DNA of 64,000 bases from Bacteroidota bacterium (GCA_046335555.1 JBKDHA010000126.1:9832-73831); one strand, 5' to 3'. Counted from the stretch's first letter, positions 18,901-29,595 are shown. Program-made: numbers and translations. Notes: generated by a model from the letters alone, not told the origin.

Positions 18901-21900
18901 TGAAGCCACAGGTGGTAAACTACCTGACCAAGAATATGTATATGTACCTGATCCGCCCGAAGGAGCTACAGTAATAGAACCATTGCATATTCCGCAGGTT
19001 GCTGGAGAACTGGCTACTGCAAGTGTAATTGGCGCAACCGGAATAACATTTACAGTTTGAATATCAACACAACCGTTTGCATCACGCACAGTAACGGTGT
19101 AAGTCCCGGCACAAAGTCCCGAAATGGTTGGAGTTGTTTGTCCGCCCGGCGCCCAGAGATAAGTGTAACCTCCACTGCCTCCTATTGGTGTTGCCGTTGC
19201 TGTTCCATCGCACGACCCGTTGCACGAAGGACTTGTAAAAGTTGTATTGGCCTGAAGCAATGCAGGCTGAGCAACCGTTGCAGATGCTGTTGTCTGACAT
19301 CCGTTAATATCTGCTATTGTTACCGTATAAGTACCGGCACACAATCCGCTTACATTAGAAGTGGTTTGTCCGCCCGGAGCCCAGGTATAAGAATAAGACG
19401 GAGTACCGCCAGTGCCAACAACTGAAACAGTTCCGCTGCAATCGCCAAAACATGGCACCGTGCTGCCTGAAGTTGTTGCTGCCAGTACAGGCGGAGCAGA
19501 AACAGTAACCGATTGAACTACAGAACAACCATTCGCATCAGAAGTGGTAAGACTGTATGCACCCGCACAAAGCCCGCTTACACTTGATGTGGTTTGTCCG
19601 CCCGGTGCCCAGAGGAATGTATAACTGCCTACTCCGCCTGTTGGCGATGCCGAAGCACTTCCATTACATTGACCGGCACACACTTCTTCAGTTGTAGTTA
19701 TAACACTGATGAGAGAATCAGGTTCATTCAATAAAACATTACCGGTTACCGTACATCCGTTAACATCTGTAATTGTTACCGTGTAGGTAGCCGGACAGAG
19801 ATTGCCAATTGAGGAAACAATTTGTCCGTTTGACCAGAGGTATGAATAAGGACCAACACCGCCGGTAACATTAGCAGATGCAGTACCATTACATTGGCCG
19901 TAACAAACTATATCAGTTCCTGATGTTCCCGGATTAAGTGCTGCCGGTTCAGTGATTGAATAGATAAGTGTACGTGAGCAGCCTGCGGCATCTGTAAGTA
20001 TAAGCGTATAAGTACCAGCGCATAATCCTGAAATAGTTGGTGTTGTTCCTCCTGTACTCCAGTTATAAGTATAAGGAGATGTGCCTCCGCTTGCTGCAAC
20101 AGTAATGGAACCGTTGCAAAGTCCGTTACACGTTACATTGGTTATTGTTGCCGGTGCTGTAAGAATTTGCGGTTCAATAATAACCACAGTTACAAATGTG
20201 ATGCACCCAATTGCATCTGTAACCTGAACTGTGTATGTACCCGCACAAAGACCTGTTATTGTTGGAGTTCCGTCGCCAGCCGGTGATCCGGGGAACCAAT
20301 CGTATGTAAACGGAGCTGCACCACCTGTTACTGTTGCTGTTGCAGATCCGTTGCAGACTCCATTGCAACTTGCGTTTGTTGGCGTTGCAGTAACCGAAGG
20401 CCCGCTTGTATTACTAACCGGAATTACTACTTGTTGCGAACATCCTGAGGCATCCGTAATAGTTACAGAATAAATTCCGGGACAAAGACCATTGATGCCT
20501 GATGTTGTTTGTCCGCCCGGTGCCCAGAGGTAAGTATAACCCGGTGTTCCTCCTGAAGCAGATGTAGCTATTGCCCCATCACAAAGCGTACAGGTTGCAG
20601 GTGTTATACTTGGGGATGCCGTGATTTGAGTGGGCTGAGTAATTGAAATAATAATAGTTGTATCACAGCTATTTGCATCGCTTATCGTTACGCTGTAAGT
20701 CCCAGCACAAAGGCCGGTAACTGATGCTGTTGTTTGTCCCCCGGGCAGCCACAAATAAGTATAAGTTCCGGTACCACCACTTACCACGGTGGTTGCACTT
20801 CCGTCGCAGGCATTAAAGCACGACACATCAGATGATGAAGCTTGAGCTTGAAGCTGAGGAGGATTGGTAAATGTAATAGTTGATGTATTGAAACAGCCGC
20901 TGGCATCTGTAGCTGTTACAGTATATGTTCCGGCACAAAGACCGGTAATATTTTGCGAAATAATATTTCCCGGCGACCAAACATAAGTGTAGGGTGAAAT
21001 ACCACCATTTGCATTCGCACTTGCAATACCATCACAAACTCCGTAGCAACTCGGCGTATTTCCAACACTGCTCACAACAATATTAACCACCTGATTTACA
21101 GCTACCGATACGGATGTTACACAACCATTGGCATCAGTTATTGTGCATGTATAATTACCACGACATAATCCGCTTGCTGTTGGGTTTGTTCCACCGGTAG
21201 GCGACCAACTGTATGTATAGGATTGTGTTCCGCCGCTCACATTCACTGTTGCTGTTCCGTCACACAACCCGCAACTGGCAGTAGTTGCTGTAATTGTTGC
21301 AAGCAGCGGCTGAGGTTGTGTAATAGTTACTGTTGATGATGATGTGCAGCCATTAGCATCTGTTATTGTAAGTGAGTATGAACCACTGCACAAACCAGTA
21401 ATGGTTGATGTAGTTTGTGCACCGGGTTGCCAAAGAAAAGAGTACGGAGATGTGCCTCCGCCCGGATTTGATGTTGCTGTTCCATCGCAAATACCGGAGC
21501 AACTTGCATTTGTTGATGTAACGTTAGGTGTTATTGGCAAAGGCTGATTAACTGTCATTACCAATGTTGTATCACAACCATTGGCATCAGTAACAGTACA
21601 GCTGTAAGTCCCGGCACATAATCCAGAAATCGAAGAAGTGGTTTGTCCGCCCGGCGACCAGAGATAGCTGTATGGTGCAGTTGCGCCGGAAACAGAAACC
21701 GATGCACCTCCGTTACATTGTCCGAAACACAATACATTAGTTACAGAGGTGCTGACCTGATAAGGCGGTGGCTGTGTAATTGTAACGATATTATTTGCAA
21801 TACATCCATTCGCATCGGTAACAGTAACTGTGTATGAACCTGCGCACAAATTATTAACTACAGGCGTGGTTTGTCCGCCTGGTGCCCAGAGATAAGTATA

Positions 21901-24216
21901 TCCCGGAGTGCCACCTGAAACAACAACTGCGGCAGTAGCATTGCAGTTATTGGTGCAAAGCAGTTGAGTAGTGTTTACCGAAATTGTAAGCGGATTAGGC
22001 TGTGTTATGGTTACTGTTTGATTTCGGGTACAACCTTGTGCATCAGTAACAGTTAATGTATATGAGCCTGCACACAAACCCGTTACCGACGATGTAGTTT
22101 GTCCGCCCGGTAACCAGAGAAATGTATATGGCCCAGTACCACCGGATGGAGAAGATGCTGCAGTTCCGTTGCACGCTGTATTACAGTTTACATTAGTTTG
22201 TGTTACGTTCGCTGTAATTGGCTGAGGTTGTGTAATTGTAACAGTTGTGGTGGCAGTGCAGGAATTTACATCAGTTACAGTAAGTGTATAACTACCGGAG
22301 CAAAGATTAGAAATAGTAGGCGTGGTTATATTTCCGGGTTGCCAAACATACGTATATGGTGCAGTTCCGCCTGTCTGACCGGCAGTTGCAGTTCCGTTAC
22401 ACAAACTATTACAGGTTACATTTGTTGAAGTTGCCTGTGCAACAAGTAACTGAGGTTCTGTAATAGTAATAACCGCATTTACTGAACAAGCATTTTGATC
22501 TGTTACTGTAACAGTGTATGAACCCGGACACAAACTTGAAGCAGTTGCACCGTTACCACCCGAAGGCAACCAATTGTATGTGTAGGTTGGTGAACCACCT
22601 GAAGCATTTGCAGATGCTATTCCATTGCATAAACCAAAACAAGTAACATTTGTAACTGAAGGGGCTGTAAGCAGTTGCGGCGGCTGTGTAATTGTTACCT
22701 GCTGCTGAACAGTGCAGCTGTTAGCATCTGTAATGTTAACTGTATAAGTACCTGCACAAAGATTCGTAATGGTTTGCGTGGTTTGTCCGCCCGGCAGCCA
22801 GACGTAACTGAAGGGAGCTGTACCTCCTGAAACGTTTGCTGTTGCGGTTCCGTCGCACACACCAAAACAAGAAGCATTGACTGATGAAATACTGGCTTGA
22901 AGCGGAGAAGGTTGTGTAATTACTGCAACATAAGATGATGTGCAATTATTGAAGTCTGTTACTGTGCAGGTATAACTTCCCGGACAAAGACCATTGATAC
23001 TTGAAGTGGTTTGTCCGCCCGGTGACCAGAGGAAAGAATAGGGTAATGTACCTCCGGTTGGTGCAACTGATGCTGTGCCGTTACATGAATTATTACAGGT
23101 TACATCAGTATTGCTGCCGTTGGGCAGAAGAGCCGCCGGTTGTGTAATTAAAGATTGCTGTGTAATCTGACATCCATTAAGATCTGTAATAGTAAGCGTG
23201 TAAGTTCCTGCACACTGATTGGTGATAACCGGTGTTGTTTGGTTTCCGGGAAGCCAGCTGTAAGTATAACCCGGTGTTCCGCCAGCTACAGTTGCCGAAC
23301 TTGAACCATTGCATTGTCCGTTGCAAAGTGGCGATGTATTGGAAAAGAATATAACTAACGGAGGCGGATCAGTTACAATGGCAAATGCCGGAACCTGATC
23401 GCCAAGTGTGAGGTCTGTAACAACCACAAGATATGTTCCTGCACAAAGTCCGGTTGCCGTTGGTGTTGTTTGGTTGCCGGGTGTCCAGAGGTAAGAGAAA
23501 TTCCCTGACCCGCCGACTACGTTTGCTGTAGCGGTTGCGTTACACTGCCCGTTGCAGGCATTGGGAATAACGGTAGTAGTTACAATATGGTTTTGCGGTG
23601 ATTGAGGCGCTGAAATATTTACTACCTGCGATGGAGTTGTGATGCGCGCTCCCTGATGAACAACAATATCCTGTGCAATCAATTTAAAATCTTGGCTCAT
23701 GCCAAAACTGGCAGAACGGATTTCAACTGTATTGGCTACGTAAAGATTTCCCAAAACAACAACTTGAGGAATATCAAAAATGATTTTGCCTTTTGTAATC
23801 CCAGTTTTTCCAAAAACAAGTTTCTGAGAATTTTCAAAAATCCATGTCCCTGTAAAATCATCACGGAATTTATCTCCGCCATGAAATTCACTGAGGTGAA
23901 TTTTTCCTGCACCTTCAAGCTTTACTTCATAAAAATCTTCCAGCCACAAACCAATGCCCTGTCCGATTATTAAACTTCGGCAAAAAACATCAGAATTTAT
24001 GGTAACTGTTAAATCATTGCTGAGTGAATAGATTTCAACATCATCATTGCTTCCCGGCAAACGGCTTGCGGATTCTTTTTTAGCTTCTCCAACTTTCCAA
24101 TTTGAAAGCTCATTCCAGTTACCGCTGCCTCCCGTCCAATAAAAGACTTCTGCCTGCAATGGCAAAGCCAACACAAACAGCAAAAACAGGACAAAAAATG
24201 AATTTATTCTTTTCAC
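15994..24216 (-). CDS. Giant SprB-repeat T9SS adhesin with type-B (gliding-motility-associated) CTD, 2740 aa
   Basis: Signal peptide; 30 counted ~76-aa repeats (C..C.G...GG..PY.Y.W.PGGQTT....LC.G.Y..TVTD.NGC); CTD FPNGFTPNGDGVNDFW...NRWG...WDG...GTYYYVI. Confidence 0.95.
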   Translation of the reverse strand: MKRINSFFVLFLLFVLALPLQAEVFYWTGGSGNWNELSNWKVGEAKKESASRLPGSNDDVEIYSLSNDLTVTINSDVFCRSLIIGQGIGLWLEDFYEVKLEGAGKIHLSEFHGGDKFRDDFTGTWIFENSQKLVFGKTGITKGKIIFDIPQVVVLGNLYVANTVEIRSASFGMSQDFKLIAQDIVVHQGARITTPSQVVNISAPQSPQNHIVTTTVIPNACNGQCNATATANVVGGSGNFSYLWTPGNQTTPTATGLCAGTYLVVVTDLTLGDQVPAFAIVTDPPPLVIFFSNTSPLCNGQCNGSSSATVAGGTPGYTYSWLPGNQTTPVITNQCAGTYTLTITDLNGCQITQQSLITQPAALLPNGSNTDVTCNNSCNGTASVAPTGGTLPYSFLWSPGGQTTSSINGLCPGSYTCTVTDFNNCTSSYVAVITQPSPLQASISSVNASCFGVCDGTATANVSGGTAPFSYVWLPGGQTTQTITNLCAGTYTVNITDANSCTVQQQVTITQPPQLLTAPSVTNVTCFGLCNGIASANASGGSPTYTYNWLPSGGNGATASSLCPGSYTVTVTDQNACSVNAVITITEPQLLVAQATSTNVTCNSLCNGTATAGQTGGTAPYTYVWQPGNITTPTISNLCSGSYTLTVTDVNSCTATTTVTITQPQPITANVTQTNVNCNTACNGTAASSPSGGTGPYTFLWLPGGQTTSSVTGLCAGSYTLTVTDAQGCTRNQTVTITQPNPLTISVNTTQLLCTNNCNATAAVVVSGGTPGYTYLWAPGGQTTPVVNNLCAGSYTVTVTDANGCIANNIVTITQPPPYQVSTSVTNVLCFGQCNGGASVSVSGATAPYSYLWSPGGQTTSSISGLCAGTYSCTVTDANGCDTTLVMTVNQPLPITPNVTSTNASCSGICDGTATSNPGGGTSPYSFLWQPGAQTTSTITGLCSGSYSLTITDANGCTSSSTVTITQPQPLLATITATTASCGLCDGTATVNVSGGTQSYTYSWSPTGGTNPTASGLCRGNYTCTITDANGCVTSVSVAVNQVVNIVVSSVGNTPSCYGVCDGIASANANGGISPYTYVWSPGNIISQNITGLCAGTYTVTATDASGCFNTSTITFTNPPQLQAQASSSDVSCFNACDGSATTVVSGGTGTYTYLWLPGGQTTASVTGLCAGTYSVTISDANSCDTTIIISITQPTQITASPSITPATCTLCDGAIATSASGGTPGYTYLWAPGGQTTSGINGLCPGIYSVTITDASGCSQQVVIPVSNTSGPSVTATPTNASCNGVCNGSATATVTGGAAPFTYDWFPGSPAGDGTPTITGLCAGTYTVQVTDAIGCITFVTVVIIEPQILTAPATITNVTCNGLCNGSITVAASGGTSPYTYNWSTGGTTPTISGLCAGTYTLILTDAAGCSRTLIYSITEPAALNPGTSGTDIVCYGQCNGTASANVTGGVGPYSYLWSNGQIVSSIGNLCPATYTVTITDVNGCTVTGNVLLNEPDSLISVITTTEEVCAGQCNGSASASPTGGVGSYTFLWAPGGQTTSSVSGLCAGAYSLTTSDANGCSVVQSVTVSAPPVLAATTSGSTVPCFGDCSGTVSVVGTGGTPSYSYTWAPGGQTTSNVSGLCAGTYTVTIADINGCQTTASATVAQPALLQANTTFTSPSCNGSCDGTATATPIGGSGGYTYLWAPGGQTTPTISGLCAGTYTVTVRDANGCVDIQTVNVIPVAPITLAVASSPATCGICNGSITVAPSGGSGTYTYSWSGSLPPVASQSNLCAGIYSVTVTDASGCTQSFTLTLNNSNGPTGETVSTSDVSCPGSCDGSATVIPIGGTSPYTYLWNPGGQTVNTLTGMCAGSYFLQVTDANGCIRFSPVTINSPPAIAGNPFVTNTTCTGICDGAISLNTIGGNPAYTYSWAPGGQTTSAISGLCSGGYTVTITDVNGCTQTESVTVSPYNVLVASVAATPSLCNADCNASAAVTVTVGTSPFVYQWTDPLGQSTQTATGLCAGTYSVTVTDDDGCNSVIPVSIVDPQAIQLNPSLVQPSCGFCNGSITSATSGGTAPYTYLWSNGATTPTLSGLCAGVYAVQVTDALGCTEVFTLNMSNSNGPSAANEVITNVTCGNTCDGSIALAPSGGTQPYTYLWLPGSQTTSAVSSLCAGTYTVQITDSVGCVLIDSFSVTAPNAIVLNPIITNTDCGFCNGNINLNASGGNGPLTFLWAPGGQTTPVVNGLCAGLYTVTVTDSIGCTEVRVIPVSNFNAQITITTNSTAISCNGVCDGTASATAAGPNGPFTYLWSNGSTSASLTGLCAGTYLVQVTDATGCVSTAQVIINNVTALTASQPVVSDALCAGVCNGTITAIAFGGTLPYSYNWSNSQTSATASGLCPGVYTVTIRDANGCTISLSDSVAEPTALVSAAPVITDASCNTTADGSADLTFSGGTLPYSYSWIGPGSFTSTIEDLSGVLPGTYFVTVTDANGCTFTDTVVINASIEVIADAGADTSFCYPATVVLSAAASTNATSYSWFELPGMTPVGSDDSLIVNSGPGIHTYLLVAANGICTHTDTVVVNSIAPPLANAGPDISIASGGSAVIGGSPAGPSGATFLWTPSADLTSASVPNPTADPVTSTTYVLLVTDTNGCFASDTMELIVLPAISFPNGFTPNGDGVNDFWQIDNITPFENCEVEVYNRWGELLFRSVGYNTPWDGRYDGQELPVGTYYYVIDLNDPLFPEPYTGPITIMR

Positions 24217-24500
24217 AACGGGAACCCGTAAACAGGCAAATGGTTTGGAGTTTTTTTACTTGCTGGGTTTTATACGGATAACCGTCAAAACAGATACGTT
24301 TTTGCGAACTAAAAATAAGAGAATTTCGCGTAAGCGAAGGTGAAGAATTTAAAGCAGAATAACCAAGCACCAGAGTTAAACGATAAAAAGCCTTTAATTA
24401 CCCTTAAAAACCCATATACACACGACCAACAGAGAGGTATATTGCAGATGATTTTGGTGAAACAAAAAAGCCAGCCGGCTGTTATATCATTGCTTTCTGT

Positions 24501-25535
24501 ATGCCTCTTCTTGAATTTACCGAAAAAGGAATCTACTGCCCGGCGGGCGATTTTTACATCGACCCCTGGCGGCCGGTAAAGAATGCGCTCATTACTCACG
24601 CTCATTCCGACCACTCACGCTGGGGAATGGACAACTACTTAGCTCATCACATTTCGGTTCCTGTAATGAAACAGCGGCTCGGCAGCGGAATTGTGGTGCA
24701 GGGTATCGCTTATTATGAGCGGCTGAGCATAAACGGTGTTACAGTTTCATTTCATCCGGCCGGGCATATTCCAGGCTCTTCACAAATTCGGGTTGAGTAC
24801 AAGGGTGAAGTATGGGTTGCTTCCGGCGATTACAAACTTGAGGATGACGGTGTTTCCGAATCGTTTGAGCCTGTGCGTTGCCACACATTCATCAGCGAAT
24901 CAACATTTGGTTTACCGGTTTATCATTGGAAAACGCAGGCTGAAATTTTTGCTGAAATCAATGCCTGGTGGCAGCAATGCGCTGAAACCGGTAAAACCGC
25001 ACTGATTTACGGTTACGCACTGGGTAAAGCACAGCGCATACTTCAAAATGTAGATGATACGATTGGCGCTGTTTATGTTCATCCGGCTATTCAAAACATG
25101 AATGATGCGCTTACCGAAGCCGGGCTGAAACTTCGGAATCCGCTGCTGTTGAATGCTGCGGTTACTAAAGCTGATCTTCGGGGAGCATTGGTTATTGCTC
25201 CGCCTTCGGCGGGCGGTGCAAACTGGCTCAGCAAGCTCCAGCCCTGCTCCACCGCAATAGCTTCGGGCTGGATGGGATTGCGCGGTGCACGCCGCCGGCA
25301 GGCTGTTGACAGAGGCTTCGCGCTTTCCGATCATGCCGATTGGGATCAGCTGAACACTGCCGTGGATGCCTGCGGATGTGATCAGGTTATTGTTACGCAC
25401 GGCTACACTGCTGTTTTTGCAAAGTGGTTACAAACAAAAGGTATCCGCGCTTACGAAGCCAAAACCGAATACGCCGGCGAACTCAGTGAAATCAATGAGC
25501 AGCAGACTGAAAGCAAGGAGGAAAAATCCGAATGA
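24501..25535 (+). CDS. Ligase-associated DNA damage response exonuclease (MBL/beta-CASP)
   Basis: YIDPWRPV..ALITHAHSDH, PAGHIPGS, ESTFGLP, LSDHADW. Confidence 0.95.
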   Translation: MPLLEFTEKGIYCPAGDFYIDPWRPVKNALITHAHSDHSRWGMDNYLAHHISVPVMKQRLGSGIVVQGIAYYERLSINGVTVSFHPAGHIPGSSQIRVEYKGEVWVASGDYKLEDDGVSESFEPVRCHTFISESTFGLPVYHWKTQAEIFAEINAWWQQCAETGKTALIYGYALGKAQRILQNVDDTIGAVYVHPAIQNMNDALTEAGLKLRNPLLLNAAVTKADLRGALVIAPPSAGGANWLSKLQPCSTAIASGWMGLRGARRRQAVDRGFALSDHADWDQLNTAVDACGCDQVIVTHGYTAVFAKWLQTKGIRAYEAKTEYAGELSEINEQQTESKEEKSE

Positions 25536-27142
25536 AACAGTTTGCCGAACTCATCGAACAACTCGACAGCACCAACAAAACAGGCGAAAAAACAGAAGCC
25601 TTAGTCCGCTACTTTTCCTCTGCTCCGCACGAAGATTGCCTCCGGGCAGTTGCCCTGCTTTCGGGACGAAAACCGAAAAGCATTGTGCGTTCATCGCTGC
25701 TTAGACTCTGGGCGGCAGAAGCGGCAGGCATTAACGACTGGCTGTTTGAAGAAAGCTACAGTGTAGTTGGCGATATGGCCGAAACCGTGGCTCTGCTGCT
25801 CCCGCATCGGAAATCGGCAACTACTGAAACACTTGAAGGTTTCATGCAGCAACTCATCCGGCTCCGCGATGCCGATGATGCTGAAAAGAAAACATTCATC
25901 ATCAACTGCTGGAACCGGTTTGACTATTACGAGAAGTTTGTTTTCAATAAACTCATTACCGGCGGTTTTCGCATTGGTGTGGCACAACAGCTGGTGGTGC
26001 GCGCATTGGCAAAAGTGCTCGATATGAACGAAGCTTCGGTTTCACACCGCCTCATGGGAAACTGGCAGCCCGAAGAAACAAGCTTTGAAAAACTCCTGCT
26101 GAGCGAAAATACAAACGACCGGCTTTCTCAACCTTATCCGTTCTGTCTCGCCTATGCTCTTGATGTTGCTTTTGATGATCTTGGAGAACCCAACGAATGG
26201 CAGGCAGAATGGAAATGGGATGGTATTCGCGGACAAATTATTAAGCGCGGTGATGAATTGTTTGTTTGGTCGAGAGGAGAAGAACTTGTTACTGAAATGT
26301 TTCCTGAATTCGCAGAACTTCTGAAAGTATTGCCGCAGGGAACAGTTATTGACGGAGAAATTATTCCGTGGAAAGAAGGAAAGCCGCTGCCGTTTCACAT
26401 CATGCAAAAGCGAAACGGAAGAAAGAACATTACTCCCAAACTCTTGAAAGAAGCTCCGATTGTATTTTTGGCGTATGATCTTCTGGAGTTTGATGGTCAA
26501 GATATTCGGCGCGAATCATTGAGTTTGAGGCGAGAAAAACTTGAAACTCTTATTGCCGAAAAATCAACTATTCAATCGTTAAAATTATCACCGCGATTGT
26601 CTTTTGATTCGTGGGAAGAATTAAAAGAGCTGAGAGCAAACTCTCGCGATGAACTGAGTGAAGGCTTGATGCTGAAGCGAAACGATTCGGTTTACGAAAC
26701 CGGCCGCAAACGCGGCAGCTGGTGGAAATGGAAAGTGGATCCGCTTACGGTTGATGCCGTACTCATATACGCACAACGCGGACATGGCCGGAGAGCAAAT
26801 TTATATACCGACTACACTTTTGCCGTTTGGAATGGCGATCAGTTGGTGCCGTTTGCAAAAGCTTATTCGGGATTGACGGATGCAGAAATTAAGGAAGTGG
26901 ATGCATTTGTAAAGCGCAATACGGTTGACAAATTTGGTCCGGTAAGAAGTGTGAAACCGGAACTGGTGTTTGAGCTTGCTTTTGAAGGAATCAATCCTTC
27001 GCCACGGCATCGTTCGGGAATAGCGCTGCGTTTTCCGCGCATCAACCGCTGGCGAAAAGATAAGACAATGCGCGATGCAGATACACTTGAAACACTGCAG
27101 GCTTTACTGAATATTTATTCTTCAAAACAAGAACAGCCGTGA
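25532..27142 (+). CDS. ATP-dependent DNA ligase
   Basis: Adenylation motif EWKWDGIR, DGE, EGLMLK, WWKWK, LRFPR. Confidence 0.96.
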   Translation: MKQFAELIEQLDSTNKTGEKTEALVRYFSSAPHEDCLRAVALLSGRKPKSIVRSSLLRLWAAEAAGINDWLFEESYSVVGDMAETVALLLPHRKSATTETLEGFMQQLIRLRDADDAEKKTFIINCWNRFDYYEKFVFNKLITGGFRIGVAQQLVVRALAKVLDMNEASVSHRLMGNWQPEETSFEKLLLSENTNDRLSQPYPFCLAYALDVAFDDLGEPNEWQAEWKWDGIRGQIIKRGDELFVWSRGEELVTEMFPEFAELLKVLPQGTVIDGEIIPWKEGKPLPFHIMQKRNGRKNITPKLLKEAPIVFLAYDLLEFDGQDIRRESLSLRREKLETLIAEKSTIQSLKLSPRLSFDSWEELKELRANSRDELSEGLMLKRNDSVYETGRKRGSWWKWKVDPLTVDAVLIYAQRGHGRRANLYTDYTFAVWNGDQLVPFAKAYSGLTDAEIKEVDAFVKRNTVDKFGPVRSVKPELVFELAFEGINPSPRHRSGIALRFPRINRWRKDKTMRDADTLETLQALLNIYSSKQEQP

Positions 27143-29595
27143 AGAAGCCTGATGCAGAGCAAATATTCAATGGCTGGTTCAAACGCCGCAAATGGAAAGT
27201 GTTTCCTTTTCAGCGCGAAGTATTTGATGCCTACCGCGAAGGCAGTTCCGGATTGCTGAATGCACCAACCGGAAGCGGAAAAACATTTGCTATTTGGCTT
27301 CCGGTTATTGCAGAAGCTGCAGCGCGGAAAGAGAAGAAAACTTCAGGGCTGCGCTGCTTGTGGATTACACCTGTGCGCTCACTGGCACGCGACATCCGCA
27401 ATGCAATGCAGGAAGCCTGCGAAGAAATAAACCTCCCGTGGCAGGCAGCAATCCGCACCGGCGATACATCCAGTGCCGAAAAGCAGAAGCAGAAAAAAGC
27501 GATGCCTCAGGCGCTGGTCATCACGCCCGAAAGTTTGCACATTCTGCTGGCGCAAAAAGGCTATGAAAATCTGTTCGCACAACTCGAAACCATTGTGGTT
27601 GACGAATGGCATGAACTGATGGGCAACAAACGCGGCACACAGGTTGAACTGGCACTTTCACGACTTAAAGGCTTACGGCCTGATGTGCGAATCTGGGGTA
27701 TTTCGGCAACCATCGGTAATCTTGAAGAAGCAGAAAAAGTTTTGCTGGGCAAAGAGTCGATTCACCGAAAAAGCAGATTTGTAAAAGCCGACATCAAAAA
27801 AAAGATAACCGTATCTACTATTTTGCCGGATACAGTAGATAATTTCCCGTGGGCAGGGCATCTCGGCGTGAAATTGCTGCATAAAGCTGTTCCGGTTATT
27901 GAAGCATCACGTACCACACTTATTTTCACCAACACCCGTGCTCAGGCTGAAATCTGGTATCAGCAATTGCTGGAAGCCGCGCCGCAGCTGGCCGGACAGC
28001 TGGCGCTGCATCACGGATCACTCAGCACTGAGATAAGAACATGGGTAGAAGATGCGCTGCATTCGGGAATACTGAAAGCTGTTATTTGTACATCAAGCCT
28101 TGACCTTGGTGTCGATTTTCGGCCGGTTGATACAGTAATTCAGATTGGCGGGCCAAAAGGTGTTGCCCGTTTTCTGCAACGTGCAGGACGCAGTGGTCAC
28201 CAACCCGGAGCTGAAAGTAAGATCTGGTTTTTGCCCGCACATGCTCTGGAACTCATGGAAGCTGCGGCGCTGCGCACGGCAGTAAACGAACAGCGAATCG
28301 AATCGCGGGTGCCTGTTGTGCGTGCCTGGGATGTACTGGCGCAATATCTGGTAACACTGGCTGTTGGCAGCGGATTCAATGCCGAAACCATTCTGCGTGA
28401 AGTCAGCACCACAAATGCTTTTGCAGAAATCACTGCCGATGAATGGAATCAGGTGATGCAGTTTATCATTACCGGAGGCCCGTCTTTGCAAGCTTACAGC
28501 GAATATGCAAAAGTAGTCCGCGGCGAAGACGGTAATTACTACGTAACTGATCAGCGTATTGCACGGCGGCATAAATTCGGAATCGGAACCATTGTCAGCG
28601 ACAGCATGCTTACCGTAAAATTTATTTCGGGAGGCTATATTGGTTCTGTTGAAGAATACTTTATCACACGTCTAAAACCGGGTGATACTTTTTTCTTTTC
28701 GGGCCGCACACTCGAACTGGTTATGATTAAAGATATGAAAGTACTCGTGCGAGCATCAAAAGCAAAAAAAGCATTGGTACCGCAATACATGGGTGGCCGC
28801 ATGCCGCTTTCTTCGCAGCTTTCGGAGCTGCTGCGCGAAAAAATGACTGATGTGCATAACGGTACTGTAACAGATACCGAACTGCAATTGCTGAAACCTT
28901 TATTTCAGCGGCAAGATGAACTTTCGCTCATGCCTGCACAAAATCAATTCCTCATCGAAATTTGTACATCAAAAGAAGGACAGCATTTATTTTTTTATAC
29001 GTTCGACGGACGGCAGGTTAACGAAGGACTTGCAGCATTGCTGGCGTGGAGGCTTACGCAAATTGAGCCAATGTCGTTTTCAATTTCAATGAATGACTAT
29101 GGATTTGAATTGCTTACTGATACTGTGCTTGATTGGGAAAAAGTAATTTCGCGAGAACTGTTTTCTTCCGAACATTTAATTGAACACATACAGAACGGTC
29201 TCAATGCTTCTGAAATGGCGGCAAGACGATTCCGCAATATTGCACAAATTGCAGGACTCACATTTGGCGGCTATCCGGGACGTGAAAAGAAAACCAGACA
29301 TTTGCAGGCTTCTTCAAAACTTTTCTTTGAAGTTTTCCGCGATTACGAACCGAATCACTTGTTGCTGAAACAAGCCTATGAAGAAGTTTTGCTTGAACAA
29401 CTTGACGAAGTACGCATACGGAAATTGCTGAAGCGATTAGAAACACAGGAGTTTATTGTCAGAAAAACAAAACAACCAACACCATTTGCATTTCCGATTA
29501 TGGTTGAACGTATTCGTGAAAAAATGAGTACCGAAAAACTTGAAGATCGTGTTCAGCGTATGATCAAACAACTCGAAAAGGAGGCTTCCCGTTGA
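27139..29595 (+). CDS. Ligase-associated DEXH-box helicase (Lhr-core)
   Basis: APTGSGKT, VVDEWHE, SAT, LHHGSL, QRAGRSGH. Confidence 0.95.
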   Translation: MKKPDAEQIFNGWFKRRKWKVFPFQREVFDAYREGSSGLLNAPTGSGKTFAIWLPVIAEAAARKEKKTSGLRCLWITPVRSLARDIRNAMQEACEEINLPWQAAIRTGDTSSAEKQKQKKAMPQALVITPESLHILLAQKGYENLFAQLETIVVDEWHELMGNKRGTQVELALSRLKGLRPDVRIWGISATIGNLEEAEKVLLGKESIHRKSRFVKADIKKKITVSTILPDTVDNFPWAGHLGVKLLHKAVPVIEASRTTLIFTNTRAQAEIWYQQLLEAAPQLAGQLALHHGSLSTEIRTWVEDALHSGILKAVICTSSLDLGVDFRPVDTVIQIGGPKGVARFLQRAGRSGHQPGAESKIWFLPAHALELMEAAALRTAVNEQRIESRVPVVRAWDVLAQYLVTLAVGSGFNAETILREVSTTNAFAEITADEWNQVMQFIITGGPSLQAYSEYAKVVRGEDGNYYVTDQRIARRHKFGIGTIVSDSMLTVKFISGGYIGSVEEYFITRLKPGDTFFFSGRTLELVMIKDMKVLVRASKAKKALVPQYMGGRMPLSSQLSELLREKMTDVHNGTVTDTELQLLKPLFQRQDELSLMPAQNQFLIEICTSKEGQHLFFYTFDGRQVNEGLAALLAWRLTQIEPMSFSISMNDYGFELLTDTVLDWEKVISRELFSSEHLIEHIQNGLNASEMAARRFRNIAQIAGLTFGGYPGREKKTRHLQASSKLFFEVFRDYEPNHLLLKQAYEEVLLEQLDEVRIRKLLKRLETQEFIVRKTKQPTPFAFPIMVERIREKMSTEKLEDRVQRMIKQLEKEASR

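Noticed and set aside
16700-23600. Recurrent GTTTGTCCGCCCGG 14-mers as a CRISPR or DNA repeat array
   Set aside because: They are the PGGQT codons of the SprB protein repeats inside one open frame
24217-24500. SOS/LexA box upstream of the ligase-associated operon
   Set aside because: No convincing palindrome found
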